DNA of 64,000 nt from Ancylonema sp. (Eukaryota). The DNA lies in the NCBI GenBank assembly GCA_050230475.1, contig JBFLGF010000003.1, positions 62,001 through 126,000 of the forward strand. The letters run 5' to 3'. Made by a program: the position numbers and the translations under genes. The notes below the pieces were generated by a model, which did not search any database, was not told the DNA's origin, and saw nothing but the letters and a program-made list of their open reading frames with translations. This document shows, in pieces, positions 62,046 to 64,000 of the stretch. Position 1 is the stretch's first letter. Every line of letters begins with the position of its first letter.

Positions 62046-62589
62046 CAGCATTGTGCGCAAGTCCTAATCCGGGCTACGTCCCACCCCCACCCCCGAACAC
62101 CAGCCCGTTTCTCCGACCGTGTCAAAAAGGGCATGAAACCCGGGTTGGGGGGATCCAGCCCGTGTTGGGGAGGGCCAACCCGGGTTCACCAATTCTGACT
62201 CCACTAACCCGGGTTGGGAGGAACCGTACCCAAATTGGGTGATCCATCCCGGGCTGGACGCAGGCTGAGTGAAGCCCGGCACGTGCGAAAACAAATTGCT
62301 ATTTGTACATGGATTATGGTTATTATTGTCACGTGTGACAAGCGTCATATTTATGACATGTATGACTCAGCACGACACGGCGTACTTCTTTCGGGGTAAC
62401 AAGTTCATGTTCGATATTTTCATGAGAAAATGAATATTTTCGCGATTATTTTTTATATCCCAACCCCATCCAACAAACCCAACCTGGGTTGGGTTTGTGA
62501 GAGGTTGGTGAAGGGTTGCAATTGGGTTCGGGAGTTGTGTGTAACCCCCAACCCCAATCCCACGGGATTTGGGGTTGCGCACAATGCTC
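62046..62589. mobile_element. Non-autonomous hAT-type element (544 bp)
   Basis: TIR cagcattgtgcgcaa / ttgcgcacaatgctc; perfect 8 bp TSD CATGCGGG (62038-45 and 62590-97); internal AACCC/GGGTT motifs. Confidence 0.92.
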
Positions 62590-63309
62590 CATGCGGGGCG
62601 ATCGCACAGGATTGCACGGGGTTGTTTTTAATCGAGAGGAAGGCAATAGTGTTCTTGTAGTGCTCTAATGCCATAACAGAGCTCTAACTTGCCGCGTCAA
62701 TTTAGCCAAAATGGTTGTTTGTCGCCAAAGCGGCTCCACCAACATGGTGCGTTGGACATGGTCGTGTCCACCACAGCGTATTGGTCGTATTTCAACTAGG
62801 GTCGTGAATATTACGTAATTCCCTATCCGGGTGTAAGAATTACTGCGTATCTTGCCCAATTATCATGAAATCGCGCAGTGGTGTAAAAATCCCTCGTCGG
62901 GCTCATCATGAGCCCGACTAAAAATTTGCGTAAGCGTAAGGCGTAATCACGCAAAGTTTACAAAGGCATGAACCGCGAAACATCTGGCGGTCCGGCGGCT
63001 GTTATCGAACTTCATTGTTAAAAGCGACACACATATCGACATCTGTTGTGGAGTATCCAACCTTACTCTCCATGCATGTACAACACTATCTACATTAAAG
63101 TACGATGTTGTACATTAACAATACTATTTTGTGCACTTGTTTGTATGTTCAATGAATAAATGTAAGAAATATTACGCATTCACCGAAATCAGCTATTTCG
63201 ACCATGTAATAACGTAAAGAAGACATTCGCGTAATCGGTAAACCTGACGTAAAACCAAGTCATTGCATCAGTAAATTTCGTTTACGACCTCAATTCGTAT
63301 CGTATTAGT

Positions 63310-63430
63310 AGAGAATTGTATATGATTGAAAAACGACGACAACCCTATCTCATTACAAGAACGTGCTTGTAAAGAAACTACATATCCTAAAAACGACAAA
63401 TATATGAGCCGATCGTACTAGACAAAACAG
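63310..63430 (-). mobile_element. Isolated 3' UTR fragment of the CRE-like family
   Basis: atctcattacaagaacgtgc...aaacgacaaatat..gagccgatcgtactag matches 39605-39760. Confidence 0.75.
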
Positions 63431-64000
63431 TAAAAGTAACGCTCACAACCCTAATTTCAACTTGTCGGACACGCTGCGACGTGCACACTCCCCGCGTCCG
63501 GCACGTCGTGACGGCGCCGTGACGGTCGAAGTTTGAGCCCGTAATCGACACGTCATGCCCGAGTCGGGCATCCCGACACGGCGACACAGCTCCTTCTAAC
63601 CTCCTTTTGACATTTATCTGTATAACGGGTTTATTTGCTGTACTGGATAACTTATCGTGTCCTATCGTGACACTGTCTCGGACACGCTGAGTCGGGAGGT
63701 CGAGGAGCTACAACTGCAAAGATATACAAAGTGTTTCATCTGCAGCAATATTTTAGTACCAGTAATCAGTGAGATCTGACCATTTCTGTCCTACATTCGA
63801 TCGTTTCCCACTTCATATATTCAGCAGGTCACTCCGTCATTTACCTTGTAAACCTGATTACGATGCACCGCAAGGTACTGCCTGTCGCCAGGCAGGCAGC
63901 TGCTGCCTTGCAGAAGACACTCTCTGCTAGCAAAGATGGGTCTGCAAAAGCATGTCGAGCTTTCAGCGCTGCTCCTGCCGCCCAACAGGATCTGATAGAG

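Noticed and set aside
63460..63700. MITE with GACACG motifs
   Set aside because: Could not define TIRs or a TSD.
1..64000. tRNA or rRNA genes
   Set aside because: None recognised by eye; a covariance-model scan was not possible.

Overview
Eukaryotic, intron-rich nuclear DNA from a green plant-lineage organism (UVR8, RUG3-like and AAE15/16-like genes; a streptophyte alga is my inference, not established). Host genes: a KH-domain RNA-binding gene (two tandem copies), a non-catalytic M16 peptidase-like gene, a plastid acyl-activating enzyme (partial plus full copy), RUG3-like and UVR8 head-to-head, an ankyrin gene, an intronless membrane protein gene resembling a fungal family, and a rolling-stone-like membrane gene. 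The remainder is largely transposon-derived. The main result is a decayed minus-strand Ty3/Gypsy element (about 44.06-57.2 kb) with a recognisable C5 cytosine methyltransferase domain between protease and RT. It is interrupted by a full-length chromovirus (GGTAT TSD) and a solo LTR. The chromoviruses have no tRNA PBS. Their PBS position instead pairs with their own LTR, and the paired sequences co-vary between elements, as expected for Tf1-like self-priming. Single N characters (19006, 33869, 38710), several identical or moderately diverged local duplications and frameshifts suggest a draft assembly mixing haplotypes or homoeologs, so gene copy number and gene lesions should be treated cautiously.
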